A stretch of 64,000 bases of DNA from Octopus sinensis. Lineage: Eukaryota. The translations under genes and the position numbers were made by a program. The DNA is taken from assembly GCF_006345805.1 (NCBI RefSeq), contig NC_043015.1, positions 1,922,001 to 1,986,000 of the forward strand, written 5' to 3'. Positions 1 through 13,040 of the stretch are shown piece after piece. Positions within the stretch are counted from its first letter, which is position 1. The number at the start of each line of letters is the position of its first letter. Under the pieces are notes generated by a model. It did no database searches. It saw only the letters and a list, made by a program, of their open reading frames with translations, and had not been told where the DNA came from.

Positions 1-470
<470 letters not shown>

Positions 471-1119
471 CAGTTACAGATGGATGGACAGATCTAATGA
501 GACATTCTCATATTATGTAGCAATATGTGAAATATTAGTTAGTCAGTTGTTACAACTGCTACTAGTTGCAAATCTATTCCTACCATCTCTGCGTTTCTGT
601 GTTAACAGTATTGCTTAAAACACTAGTCTCTTTTCTATGTCATTAACACATTGTTTGGACTGAATGATGAAGTCGATAAAAACTAGAGATCAAAGCAGTA
701 ATATCTTAAAGGAAAAAATGTCAGGATGTCATTACGGTCTAACGAATAAAAATGTTTGACTTCTAGTCGATAGTAAAGTCTTTTCGACCAGTTAATCAAT
801 ATTCCTGAAAGTTGCTTTCAATTCTTTGTCTATAAGTCTTTGATAACCTTTCAACTTAGTATATAACAGAATAACAAACAATATTGTTACCCGGAGAAAA
901 CAAATATATAAAAATGTTAAAAAAAAGAAGAAAAACGAAAATGTATGAGGATACACAATTTGAGTTGGTGTGTCTGTGCGTGTGTGTATTCATGGATAAT
1001 TGTTCGGTGTTTTTGTCTATGCGTGAGAGTATCTCTGTGGGTGTTTGTGTGAGAGTCACCAAAAGAAGAGAGCGTTTGCGATTTGCGGTACTTTGGTCAA
1101 TAAACACCAAAATCTCACA

Positions 1120-1205
1120 CACATATATATATATACATTTGGCACAAAGCATATACGTACATATATATATATACATACATGGTTCCACTTACATTATACC
1201 TATAT

Positions 1206-1241
<36 letters not shown>

Positions 1242-1332
1242 GTATAAATGTAGTGGAACCATGTATGTATATATATATATATATATCTATGCATATGTTT
1301 ATATTATATATATATATATGTATATATATATG

Positions 1333-1363
<31 letters not shown>

Positions 1364-1605
1364 TATATATATATTATATATATATATATATATAATATCT
1401 GTAAATACCACCATATATGACTATATAGGTATAAGTTATAATTTTTCTATGCATTTGAATGTATGCATACATATACATACGTGCATACATATATACATTT
1501 ATATATATATAGAGAGAGATACGTATATACATATATTTATACATATATACATACAAACGCATACATACATACATAAATATATAATATATATATATATATA
1601 TATAT

Positions 1606-1665
<60 letters not shown>
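1120..1665. repeat. (TA)n/(TACA)n microsatellite field
   Basis: Long TA runs; the overlapping ORFs are YI/IY repeats. Confidence 0.95.
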
Positions 1666-2129
1666 TGTATAATGTGTGTATGGGTGCATGCATTTGTTTG
1701 TGTGTGTGTGTGTGTGTGTGTATGGATGTGTGTAGATATTCGCTCGCATTGAAATTTGAGATTCGTCTAATGTTTTGTTGTGTATAAAGTTATCCATGTC
1801 AGTAGGTCAAACTCTACCATTGAAGTGTGAATTAAAATACACTGTAACTTCCAAATTGCAAATAATTTCTATAGCCCACAGAGATGTTCAGTAGCTACTG
1901 TAAATCTTGTTAACACTTTTGTACATATTACGTTGAGACTCTGAAGCACCACATTGCACGGAGGCGTACATTACGACGTACGTAACTGTATGCCATTTTG
2001 TGTCTATATGTGTCAACGTATACATACAGATGGCAATCTATATAGACATACATATGAACACGCACACTCTACATTTATACGTACATATGAAAGTATAAAC
2101 ACGTGTCCATACATCCATAAATATACATA

Positions 2130-2196
2130 CGTATAGAAATACATTTATACATACACACATACTTACCTACGTATACACGTATATATACATGAGTAT

Positions 2197-2229
<33 letters not shown>

Positions 2230-2253
2230 TTATATAATATATATATATACATA

Positions 2254-2287
<34 letters not shown>

Positions 2288-2352
2288 TCACATATACAAA
2301 CATACATATATATATATATTATATACTTACATATGCCTACATACATACATAT

Positions 2353-2421
<69 letters not shown>

Positions 2422-2565
2422 CATATACACACATATATATGTACACGAATACATACGCACAACACGCACAATCGTGCAAACGCATATACATTTACATACA
2501 ACACACACACATATATAAATACACACACACACACATATATATGTATGTATACATGTTTGTGTGTA
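2130..2565. repeat. (TA)n/(CA)n microsatellite field
   Basis: Direct reading. Confidence 0.9.
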
Positions 2566-2760
2566 TAGTATTTACGTCTCAAGAATTTTCCAAACTTCGT
2601 GATAGATGACATGAATATTTCTCAAAAGACGGTGTCATAGAAGATGTAGTTATATATAATGGCCTATAACGTATTGAGTCAGAAGAATCCTTGGATGGAA
2701 GAAGTCGAGTGCTGTCTGTGAATGTAGTTTTCTGTCCAAGGGGTTTATATACATAGTTGT

Positions 2761-2794
<34 letters not shown>

Positions 2795-2870
2795 CTTTGA
2801 TACTTTGATACTTTGATAGGTTTCGGCCATTATTGGCCCAGGCCATGTCTAACTTAATAGCACCACCTGG
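2795..2870 (-). mobile_element. Very short 3'-end fragment of a CR1-group-like LINE with a (TATCAAAG)3 tail, inside a TA array
   Basis: Minus strand reads GGTGGTGC..CATGGCC..GGCCA-ATAA-TGGCC-GAAAC followed by three 8-mer repeats. Same layout as the LINE 3' end at 54966-55002. Confidence 0.55.
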
Positions 2871-3044
2871 TATATATATATATATATATACACAAATATA
2901 ACTATATCTCACGCACATATACGTATTCAAATTTTTTAACCTTATGTTACATGGAGCAGCTTTATATAAGTTATTGGTAGAACCTAAATATATATCAAAA
3001 ATGCTGCTGCAGCTGCTGATATTATTAATAATAATATTAATAAC

Positions 3045-3090
3045 TATTATGACGATGATGACGATAATGACGATGATGATGATGATGATG

Positions 3091-3139
<49 letters not shown>

Positions 3140-3196
3140 GCTGAACAAGGAGAAAAAGGAGAAGTAGAAGATGACGATGACAATGATGACGACGAC

Positions 3197-3230
<34 letters not shown>

Positions 3231-3272
3231 CTGATGATGATGATGAGGATGATGATGATGATGCTGATGATT

Positions 3273-3304
<32 letters not shown>

Positions 3305-3330
3305 ATGATGATGATGATGATGATTATGAT
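3045..3330. repeat. (GAT)n/(AAT)n trinucleotide microsatellite
   Basis: Direct reading. Confidence 0.95.
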
Positions 3331-4217
3331 AATGGTAGTTCCCGTCGATTTCGACGTATGAGTGTTTTGAAGGAGAGAATTTAAAAGGGGGAAAAGGTGG
3401 AAAGAGAAAAAAATCCAACTTTTAAAATAAAAGAAACTGCATGTATTTCTTGCTTAGATATTCTAAAATTGATATCCTCATCAAGTGAAATATTTTTGTC
3501 ATCAAGTTTACTGAACTTCCAATATATTAAAATAACCTGATCCATTTGCATCTCATGTTGTAAAACATCACTTCTGAATCTTGAGTATGTTCTGATCCAG
3601 ATTTTGGTTGGAATAAAATTTGAGTTTCTTGAAGTAGATAGCCAGTCTAAACCTTTCAACCGTTTCCTGAACTCCCTGGAAAGAGTATGAATCGGGGCAC
3701 AACTATCGGCAAGCAGAAGACGGATAAAATCCCTTCGTGGTCTTTTATTTTATTCGAAACTTCGCCATTTTAGATTTAGTGGACGTTCTTCTGTGCGAAA
3801 CTGGAATTTTATACCTTTATGGTAATCTCTGAAGGCATGTTGGATCATCACTGAAAAGAATATAGAAAAACAGTACAGGAGGTAAAATACAACCCTCTTT
3901 GGTTTCAGTGGCAACAGAAAATGCTTCTGAACATTGAAGGCTAGATAGCACTGTTGACATCATTCCTTAATGCAGCGATACTATTACACTTGTCATTTTA
4001 TCGGGAAGATCAACATTTTACCAAATTTTCCGAAGTGCCTCAAGATTCACAGTATCAAAGCCGAAATCAATAAAGACTATGAGATGTTAGTGCTTTATCT
4101 TGAACAAGAACTTGAGAATGAATGAAACTGAAAATAGGTGGATAAAGAAAAGAATGCATAGAAAATTTCATAGGGACAAGGCAGACAGAGAAGAAAAGAT
4201 GGCTGTGGATCCCTAAT

Positions 4218-4805
4218 AGCGATTTACGAGCAACTTGACAACCGGAATTTCCTGCGAGAAGAGAGAGAGAGTTTGCTGGAGGAAGGCTAGAGAAACGCAT
4301 GATCCATTATATATAGACAAAGCAGTTACAAATGAAGTAAAAGTTACAGAGAAAAATCTGAAGATAGAATGGATAGATTAAAGGAAACCCATGACATGAT
4401 GCCACACGCATTGATAAGTGAATGAATGTATTCAGTATAGCAAACAACATGAAAAAAAATGGAAAGTAGATCTCTATTTAGGTGACACCGTCTTACTGAA
4501 TGTTAATACTCAAGTGAGGGACTCGTTGTCCGCATTAATAGTTGCCTTATGTTTAATCCACCTCAGCTTAGTATTAAGGAGACAAATGTAGGGTATCAGT
4601 TCAGAAATAGTGAGGGAAAAATTAATACATTGCTCAACATGGATGATCTGAAGCTTTTCAGTAAGAATGAAAAATAGATAGATTACTTAATACAGACTGT
4701 AAGACTCTTGAGTAAAGATATAGGCATGGAATTTGGCATAGGTAAGTGTGCAATATTAGTCATGAGACGGATAGAGCGAGTTAACAGCGATGTGTTGAAA
4801 GCTAC
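4218..4805 (+). mobile_element. Decayed reverse-transcriptase fragment of an R4/Dong-type (RLE) non-LTR retrotransposon
   Basis: Manual translation across frameshifts gives AIYEQLDNRNFL, CWRKARETHDPLYIDKAV..EVK..KNLKIEWID, WKVDLYLGD, GYQFRNSEGKI, MDDLKLFSKNE and KDIGMEFGIGKCAILVMRR, typical R4/Dong RT blocks. Contains stops and frameshifts. Confidence 0.85.
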
Positions 4806-4980
4806 TGGGCAATGACGAATAAAAACTGCTTACTAATTACCATAATTGAATATTACGTCATCAATATTTGTACTGTATATTTTTGTTTACATGATAATGT
4901 GAACAGATATACACAGATCTAATTAAGGAAAGCACTATCGTTAACATATCCAAATTAGTAAATTAATATTTTCTACTCTA

Positions 4981-5183
4981 GGCACAGGGGCCCGAAATCT
5001 TGTGGGAGGGAGCCAGTCGATTACATCGATCCCAAGTACGCAATTGGTACTTAATTTATCGACCCCGAAAGGATGAAAGGCAAAGTTGCCCTCGGCGGAA
5101 TTTGAACTCAGAACGTAGCGGCAGACGAAATACTGCTAAGCATTTTACCCCGGCGTGCTAACGATTCTGCCACTTCGCCGCCT
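4981..5183 (-). mobile_element. tRNA-derived SINE, family A (head GGCGGCGAGCTGGCAGAA; core GCCTTTCATCCTTTCGGGGTCGATAAA)
   Basis: A-box/B-box-like head; matches the other copies at 34414, 35118 and 61756. Confidence 0.9.
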
Positions 5184-5405
5184 ACAAATTAAGCTATTAT
5201 TGAATTACTACGTAATATCCTTAAATTAAGATTACCAGTAAATTTCTTTTGCACAGAAAAGTTGTACCAAATTTTAAATTCTAAACACATATTCATTAAC
5301 ACGAGGAGGGAGAGTGGGAAACCCTGTGTTCACGCCTATAAACATGTTTCAAAAACTACCGTTAAATGCAATGTTAAATTTAGGCTGCATGTCAACATTG
5401 ATATA

Positions 5406-5886
5406 ATCATCATCATTCACCATCATTGTTCGACCGTGGTCGAGGCAATGAAATTTACCATGCTACGCCAGACTTCACGGTCCATCATGGCATTACGGAT
5501 GTCCTGTTGTTGGATGCCTGTATCCCTGGAGATTACATCAGGGTAGGAGAGTGTGCGCCCTCTGGTATTGCGAGTAGATGGCTTCCAGAGGAGAAGAGTA
5601 GAAATTACTTCTTTTTCAGCTCTACAACAATGTCCAGCAAACTGGACTCTCCTACCTTTCACAAGAGATGACACAGGTGGTAGTTTCCCATATATTTGCA
5701 TTTTGGTTGGATGGCGCTTCCACGAGAGATTTTGAGCTCTCATAAGGAGGCGAGTGTAGGTTCCATCCAACCGCCTCTCAAGGTTCTTTGACAACGTCCA
5801 AGTTTCTGAGCCATATAGTAGAATTGGTTCGACTGTGGCTTTGAAGAGGTCTCTACTTAGATTTGATGACCAGATCTTATGCATGT
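5406..5886 (-). mobile_element. Young 5'-truncated RTE-clade LINE with (TGA)n tail and 10-bp TSD
   Basis: TSD CATTGATATA at 5396-5405 and 5887-5896; (TGA)n tail directly after the stop codon; uninterrupted ORF. Confidence 0.9.
5423..5884 (-). CDS. C-terminal part of an RTE-clade LINE ORF (post-RT region), truncated
   Basis: ORF has LFKATVEPILLYGSETWTL, FAGHCCR and DREVWRSMV motifs characteristic of RTE-type C-termini. The ATG is an internal Met, not a true start. Confidence 0.8.
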   Translation of the reverse strand: MHKIWSSNLSRDLFKATVEPILLYGSETWTLSKNLERRLDGTYTRLLMRAQNLSWKRHPTKMQIYGKLPPVSSLVKGRRVQFAGHCCRAEKEVISTLLLWKPSTRNTRGRTLSYPDVISRDTGIQQQDIRNAMMDREVWRSMVNFIASTTVEQ

Positions 5887-6356
5887 CATTGATATACTAA
5901 CAATTATAACTATAAAGATTAAGTAATTCTTGGTAGATATATTAATCGTAAAATATAAAATGAATATGACCATAAGGTTTTATTTACAGGTAGATGTATT
6001 TTATAAAATTTAAACGTATCTTAATTTAAGTATGTATCTTAGCAATATATTTTTAGAAAATAGTTGGGAATATTAAGTTAAAATACTAAGAATTAATTCA
6101 ATAATTGTTTAATTTGTAGTTAACTAATTTTGATATGTTAATGTTAGTACTTTATTCGAATAGGCTCGTGTCTATCTGTTCATAATGTATTATGTAAACA
6201 AATACATTATGTTCGAATATTGTTGACATAATATTCACCTTTAGTAATTACTAAGCAGTTTTCGTTAATCATCTTTCAGCATAGCTTTCAAAAGATTAGC
6301 TCACGCGCGCAGAGACATGTAAAGTAAATATTACATATAAGTAACTCTGGTTTTAA

Positions 6357-6357
6357 A

Positions 6358-6417
<60 letters not shown>

Positions 6418-6454
6418 CAATAATACTAATAATAATAATAACAACAACAACAAC

Positions 6455-6486
<32 letters not shown>

Positions 6487-6498
6487 CAACAACAATAA

Positions 6499-6548
<50 letters not shown>
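6357..6548. repeat. (AAT)n/(AAC)n microsatellite
   Basis: Direct reading. Confidence 0.95.
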
Positions 6549-6549
<1 letters not shown>

Positions 6550-7599
6550 TTTGTTATTTAATTTCTAGATTGCAAATGGGTGACTTATAATTAAATTTCT
6601 TAAGTGATTAAATACTTTAATGACAGTTCGATCTATCATAAGCGATAGTGCAATTTAGGAAAAAATTTTTTTTTGGCTTCTAGTTTAAAGTACTCGTATC
6701 GAAATATCGTTCAAACTAACTAACGAATATTTGTTTTTGGTTTCTCAACTTATTACACAGGCACACACACAAACGCATTAAACAACTTTGCATTACAAAT
6801 ACATAAGTAACTGCTTTTAATTTTCAAATGCATTAATTGCTGAAACGCTGATATCTAAGTCTATCAAGGGTCAAGCAATACATCGGAATGTAGCTCCTCT
6901 CTTTCAAATTCTCTCCCTGAAGAAATTCCCAATTTATGATATTCGATATGGAAATTTAACTTAATTTAATTTCTCAAATTAATTCACTTGGGCATGGAAA
7001 CAACTGTAGATGAAATTGAGATTGATATTGTTCAGAATTGTATTATATTCTAATAAAATGATGTGTATATGTCATACGAGGGATAATCGTCAACTCATTA
7101 CATATGTTTCATACACATATTTTAATAGAAGAATTAGAATATTACTCCATTACACAAACTGTAACCTTTAGATGAAACGTAATTGTGTAAATAAAAGAAT
7201 ATCAAAAGAATACAGCAAGGGCGTGAGTGGAGTCTATTCGGGCTAAATATAAAATGGGAGAATGACCAACAGAGTTCGCTGTTGAAGTTAAGGATATAGC
7301 TTGTGAAAGAGAGTAAGAGGAAATATAAGGTTAGCGGCCAAGGTGCGAAAAAAGTCTGTTAGACGAGTTCTTAGATAAGCTGGAGTTGGGTGTAGGTGAT
7401 TTTTTATTATAGTAATGTTAGAGCAGTGGGAAAGGACCTAAGATACATTAAGGATAAAAAAAGGATGAAGAAAGAAAGCAAAATAAATGGCGAGGAAGAA
7501 TAAATGAGACGTAGGTTTGGGGTTTAGGATTCACTAGACTTAGCTAGAGAACCCTAAACCACAAGTAGAAATACAGATCGGGATATTCGTCTGATGTCA

Positions 7600-8621
7600 G
7601 GAATATATAAGTCAATTCCAAAAAGGAATATATAAGTCAATTCCAAATACAACAAACATCAAAATTACACTTACTAGAAACGAGCACAGAAAGAGCTAAG
7701 CGTATGAAAACCCGTGCTAAAACTGCTGCCTTAGATATTCGTATTGATAAATGGCAAGAAAAACCTCTCTATGGCAAATACCAAAAGAGAGCTAATTATG
7801 TCGATGTTGACAAAGCCCGTACTCATCAATGGTTAATGGCTTCTGGCTGAAAACCAGAAACAGAAGCGCTTATCATAGCAGACCAATATCAATGCCTATC
7901 TACTAGAAACTACCAGGCCAATATATTAATGAGCGGCAGCTCCCCAACATGTCGTGTACGTCAACAAGAATGCGAAACTATTGATGATGTTGTATCCATG
8001 TGCAGTCTTCTTGCTCCTAGAAAGTATCTCAACAGGCATGATAGAGTTGCACAATATATTCAATGTGTAATTTCTAAAAACCTGGACTTGCTCCATCATA
8101 AAAGCTGGTGGAAACACAAACCACCTCCTCTGGAACTTCACCATTCAAATTGACAGAAATAGGACAGACAGAGATCATGCCGTGTCATTGATATGACCGT
8201 CACAATCGATATAAATGCATCTGTGAAGACCTACCATAAACTGAGCAAGTATAAAGATCTTGAATTAGAAATTGGTAAAATGTGGAACCTGAAGACTAAA
8301 AGAATACCTGTTGTAGGTCCCCTAGGAATGATAGCAAAAGTGGCTGATTGCTACCTAGCTCAGACACCAGGAAATTCAACAGATAGTGCTCATGGGAACT
8401 GCCCATATCCTACATAAAATACAGTTTATATATGCTAAAATTTTAGGACAATCTTATAATTTTCTTATGTTTTCTTAAACATTCTGTAGAACAATACTAT
8501 ATAAGAACCAAACATATGACACCCTAGGCATATCACCAACATTAACTTCTAGCTTGTCTCTTGAGGTATGTAGGTGAGACTTGGAGCCAACTTGTACGAA
8601 TACAAAGCAAAAGTCAAACAC
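7600..8621 (+). mobile_element. 3' part of an R4/Dong-type LINE (CCHC knuckle plus RLE region), decayed, ending at a (TAA)n array
   Basis: KWQEKPLYGKY, HQWL..SGLKPETEALII, CRVRQQECETIDDVVSMC..LA...YLNRHDRVA, LWNFTIQ, KLSKYKDLELEIGKMWNLKT..IPVVG.LG. The 3' end runs directly into (TAA)n. A 23-bp tandem duplication lies at 7600-7647. Confidence 0.9.
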
Positions 8622-8622
8622 A

Positions 8623-8803
<181 letters not shown>

Positions 8804-10079
8804 GTGAATTACATGTATTAATGCATAAGTTACTTACATGTAAAACGCATAAGATCCTTTAAAATAATGCAGAATTTCACACAGACATTTTTCACCTGAG
8901 TATGTAGCTTAAATCTTCTCATTGTTAAATAATTCTAGAATCACATAAGCACTGCTCTCTTGTCTTTACATTGAACTCTTATAAATTCTATCCTCCTTTT
9001 GCTGTATATTCTTCAGAAGTCTTTCTTTAACTCATAGCTATAATTTATTCAGCTTACAATACAAGTCCTAAGACCGTACCTCTCGACAGAACTCGAAGCA
9101 TTCAAGTAGAAATACCTGAAAATTTTCCAAAATATATTTCAGTAAACTAAACTGTGAACAAGTATGTACAATAAATGGGACATATACGTTTGTATTTGTC
9201 ACCGTTGTAACAGCATTGAACATAGGTATCTTCTCGAAGCCTCGGTATATTGCTAAAATCCAAGAGAACGTTTGAAACTTCAAGCTGAATTCAGGTGTGT
9301 TCTTTAAATCAAGTTATAACACTACTCGCTTTAAGAATATTTGTATATATAAAGAAGCACACACATACACACAAACATACTCACATGTACCCCCACACGC
9401 ATACAGATATAAATACACACACAACTGAGTGTATGTATACAAGCATTGTTTCATATACACACGACTCTGCATGTATTCAAGATTAAGCCCCATGAATATA
9501 TGTGAGTGTTTGAATAACGGTGCTTACTAACATACGACATATATAAATACACAAACACATACAACCATATATATATATTTACAAAATATACACATACACG
9601 CAAATATACACACCTAGATACATCCATATACATACGCATATTCAAAATATAGTCGCAAACACACAGCAGTTGAACAAACGAATACATACATTGTGTAGCA
9701 AATACAATGAATGGCGTAAGCTGTAAGCGACTCGATTCAACAATATAGGCTTCAAATAAGACACGGAAATTTCTGTTTGAAAAGGTTATAATATATTATA
9801 CTAGATAACACAATACAGTAGAATACAATAGAATAATATAATATATTATAATATCCTATTTCATTATATTCTGTTCTTATGTAAGGCATTCTCTTCTATA
9901 TTCTATTATACATTATAATATATTATATTGTATTATGTTATACTATATCACATCCTACATTGTATTATGTCTGTAGTACCGTAATTAATTTATAAACAAA
10001 CGTATTTATTCGCAGCATGATCATTTTCGATTAAATTCGATGTTCATCATTCAACGCAGTCTCAGTGTAAATATAGAGA

Positions 10080-10138
10080 TATCATGTGTGTATAGGTTTC
10101 AGTTACAGCATGTATGTACGTGTGCATGTATACATCCA

Positions 10139-10226
<88 letters not shown>

Positions 10227-10337
10227 TGCACACATACATGCTGGCAGTGAACCTATACACACATGATAGATAGACAGGTAACTTGTTATTTCAAAGTGTA
10301 CACACAAACAAACACACACACACACACATATATATAT

Positions 10338-10372
<35 letters not shown>

Positions 10373-10527
10373 GTATATATATGCATGCACACATACATAC
10401 ATGCTGGCAGTGAACCTACACACATACATATCATATATGTATATATATATATATATATATACTCACACACACACACACACATACCCGTACATATATGTAC
10501 ATTTTGAATTAACAAGTTGCCTGTCTA
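10080..10527. repeat. Nested inverted and direct repeat modules around (TA)n/(CA)n runs
   Basis: 10080-10128 is the reverse complement of 10225-10268. That module recurs directly at 10384-10418. A second module at 10271-10302 is inverted at 10496-10527. Confidence 0.75.
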
Positions 10528-10686
10528 CGTAAACAGACATCAATACATACATGCTTACACACGTACATTCACCCGTATACTGCTCTGAATCTTTTTGTCG
10601 ACGCTGTGCACAATGGTTGTTTCCACACGGATAACGTCAAACTTGATGTTACAAAACCACTATGAAATCATAGAAGTACATACATG

Positions 10687-10752
<66 letters not shown>

Positions 10753-11559
10753 AGTATGTCTATATGTATGTGTTAATATGTATATATTATGCTCACACAC
10801 TCCCGCAGACGCAACTGTATACAGAAATACGTACACTTATGCATGCACTAACATGATGCGTTTGAACATGGCGACCAACATATCCTGTATTTCGTGATAA
10901 TTCTCATACTAACGCAGGTTTATAGCTTCAAAGAGAGAGGATGTATCCAGTAAATGTCTTTCATTAAACTATATAGTCGTAAACAAACAAAAACACACAC
11001 CATGAACGACACAACGACAACAGAAAGTACAAGAGAGGAACTAGAACAACGGTTTCTGTAATAACGAATGCAATAATTACAGAAATGATCATGGTCATGA
11101 TGATGATACTTGCAGCCACGATGCTGAGGGTGACTGGAGAACACAAAAGCCAGTAAGAAACTGAAACAGACTGACTGGCGATGGCTATGGTGTAAGGATA
11201 AAACCGCCATGTTATGTTATTCAACTAAACAGAGTGAATCTATTTAAGTAGAACAAAACGAACAGTTGTGCTGAAAAGTTTGTAAACTTCAAGGCGGAAA
11301 CTGTACGTGCTTTTATAACATAATAGAAGGAGGAAATGATATTGAATCGAAATTTCGTTTCCAAATATGAGGAATTCCATTCGGTTTTACTATGTTGTGT
11401 TACATATAAGGATTAACACTATGAAACGAGGGGTGGAGGGCCTAGCTTAACAATTATTCTGATAATAATAAAGTATTCGTTCTTGTAGAATTACACTTCT
11501 GTTATTAGTACTGTTGGTGATAGTAATTGTGGTAGCAGCAGCAATAGTAGTAATAGTAG

Positions 11560-11575
11560 TTCACAGTAGTAGTAT

Positions 11576-11607
<32 letters not shown>

Positions 11608-11721
11608 TAGGTGGTGGTCATAATAATAGAAGTATTTGTTTTGTTAGTGATAGTAGTTGTCATTTTGTTAGTGACAGTAGTATTAATAGTAGTAGCAGCA
11701 GCAGTAGCAACAGCAGCAGTT

Positions 11722-11758
<37 letters not shown>

Positions 11759-11790
11759 GAGCAGCAGCAGCAGTAGCAACAATAGCAGCA
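11560..11790. repeat. (GTA)n/(GCA)n microsatellite
   Basis: Direct reading. Confidence 0.9.
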
Positions 11791-11926
11791 ACAACTCGCT
11801 GTGTCTGGAAGAAGGGGTCTGGTTAGGTAAGGTGTACGTGAACCATTTGTCAGTACTTGCTCGAGGCGTCCCGGACAATCTTCGGAAGAGTGTCCCAGTT
11901 GGTCCCCATTTCTCCAAGATTCTTTG

Positions 11927-11976
11927 CCATGTGGTTCGTCAGCAAGCTACTTACCACACAGCCACTCTTACGCCTT
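11927..11976 (-). mobile_element. SINE family B head fragment
   Basis: Minus strand AGGCGTAAGAGTGGCTGTGTGGTAAGTAGCTTGCTGACGAACCACATGG matches the heads at 14355 and 22182. Confidence 0.75.
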
Positions 11977-12623
11977 AAAAAAATATTTGCGCATAAAATA
12001 TATTGAATGACACTGGCTGTGTTTGTACACAAGAAGGGTTGGTGCAACGAGTAAATCATGGATTTCTTTGAGTGATGGAGGTATGGCAAGAGGTTGTTGG
12101 TGTTACTTAACACCATGACAATCTCATGATCAAAGTCGCTCCTCCCGTGAAGATTGCATCTTTTATTCACATATGTCAAGAGTTATATAATGCAAAGTCA
12201 CATTGTCGTGATTTTAGGTATTGTTTTCTTAGTAGATCGATGTGATTTGATAAACAAAACTTGCTGCCAAACATTGATCGATTACACACATTTTCTACCA
12301 ATGTCTTTAGATATATCGTGTTGTTTTTCATATTGATGCTATTATTTAGCCACAGATTATCCCATATTATACAGACTTATAATCTAAGGCGTTCTAGCTG
12401 TGATCAAAATGTGCTTATTGAGAAATAGATGACTTATTATGATATGTAATATCTGTTTTCCCTAGTTTAAGAATCACACAGTTCTTACCGTGGCAAACTC
12501 GACTGTCATTTACAGGCGGCTAAAGACTTTGGGAGAGGCTGATCTTAATCAGTATTATTGGAGAAAATACGAAGACACAGATATTTTAAAAGCCAGTTAT
12601 TATTATTGATTTTGTTGCGATGG

Positions 12624-13040
12624 TCTTCTTCTTCTTCTTCTTCTTCTTCTTCTTCTTCTTCTCCTTCTTTTCTTTTTCTTTTTTTGCTTCTTCTTCTTCT
12701 TCTCTTTCTTCTTTTTCTTCTTTTCTCCTCTTCTTCTTCTTCTTCTTCTTCTTCTCCCCTTCTTCTCCATTTTCTTCTCTTCCTTCTTCCTCTTCTCCAT
12801 CTTCTTCTTCTCTTCCTTCTTCTTCTTCTTCTTCTTCTTCTTTTTCTTCTTCTTCTTCTCTTCCTTCTTCTTCTTCTGCTCCTTCTTTTTCTTCTTCTTC
12901 TTCTTCTTCTTCTCCTTCTTCTTCTTCTTGTCCTTCTTCTTGTTCTTCTTCTTCTTGTTCTTCTTCTTCATCTTCTTCTTCTTCTTCTTCTTCTTCTTCT
13001 TCTTCTTCATATTCATCTTCTTCTTCTTCTTCTTCTTCTT
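12624..13040. repeat. (TTC)n-based polypyrimidine microsatellite
   Basis: Direct reading; produces the poly-E/K/S/L pseudo-ORFs. Confidence 0.95.

Noticed and set aside
856-2612. Overlapping ORFs rich in YI/IY/HT/CV repeats; the same applies at 10.0-10.5, 27, 39, 41 and 59.7-61.4 kb
   Set aside because: Translations of dinucleotide microsatellites, open in many frames on both strands.
3381-3659. 92-aa minus-strand ORF with protein-like composition
   Set aside because: No recognisable motif or splice context; possibly eroded transposon sequence.
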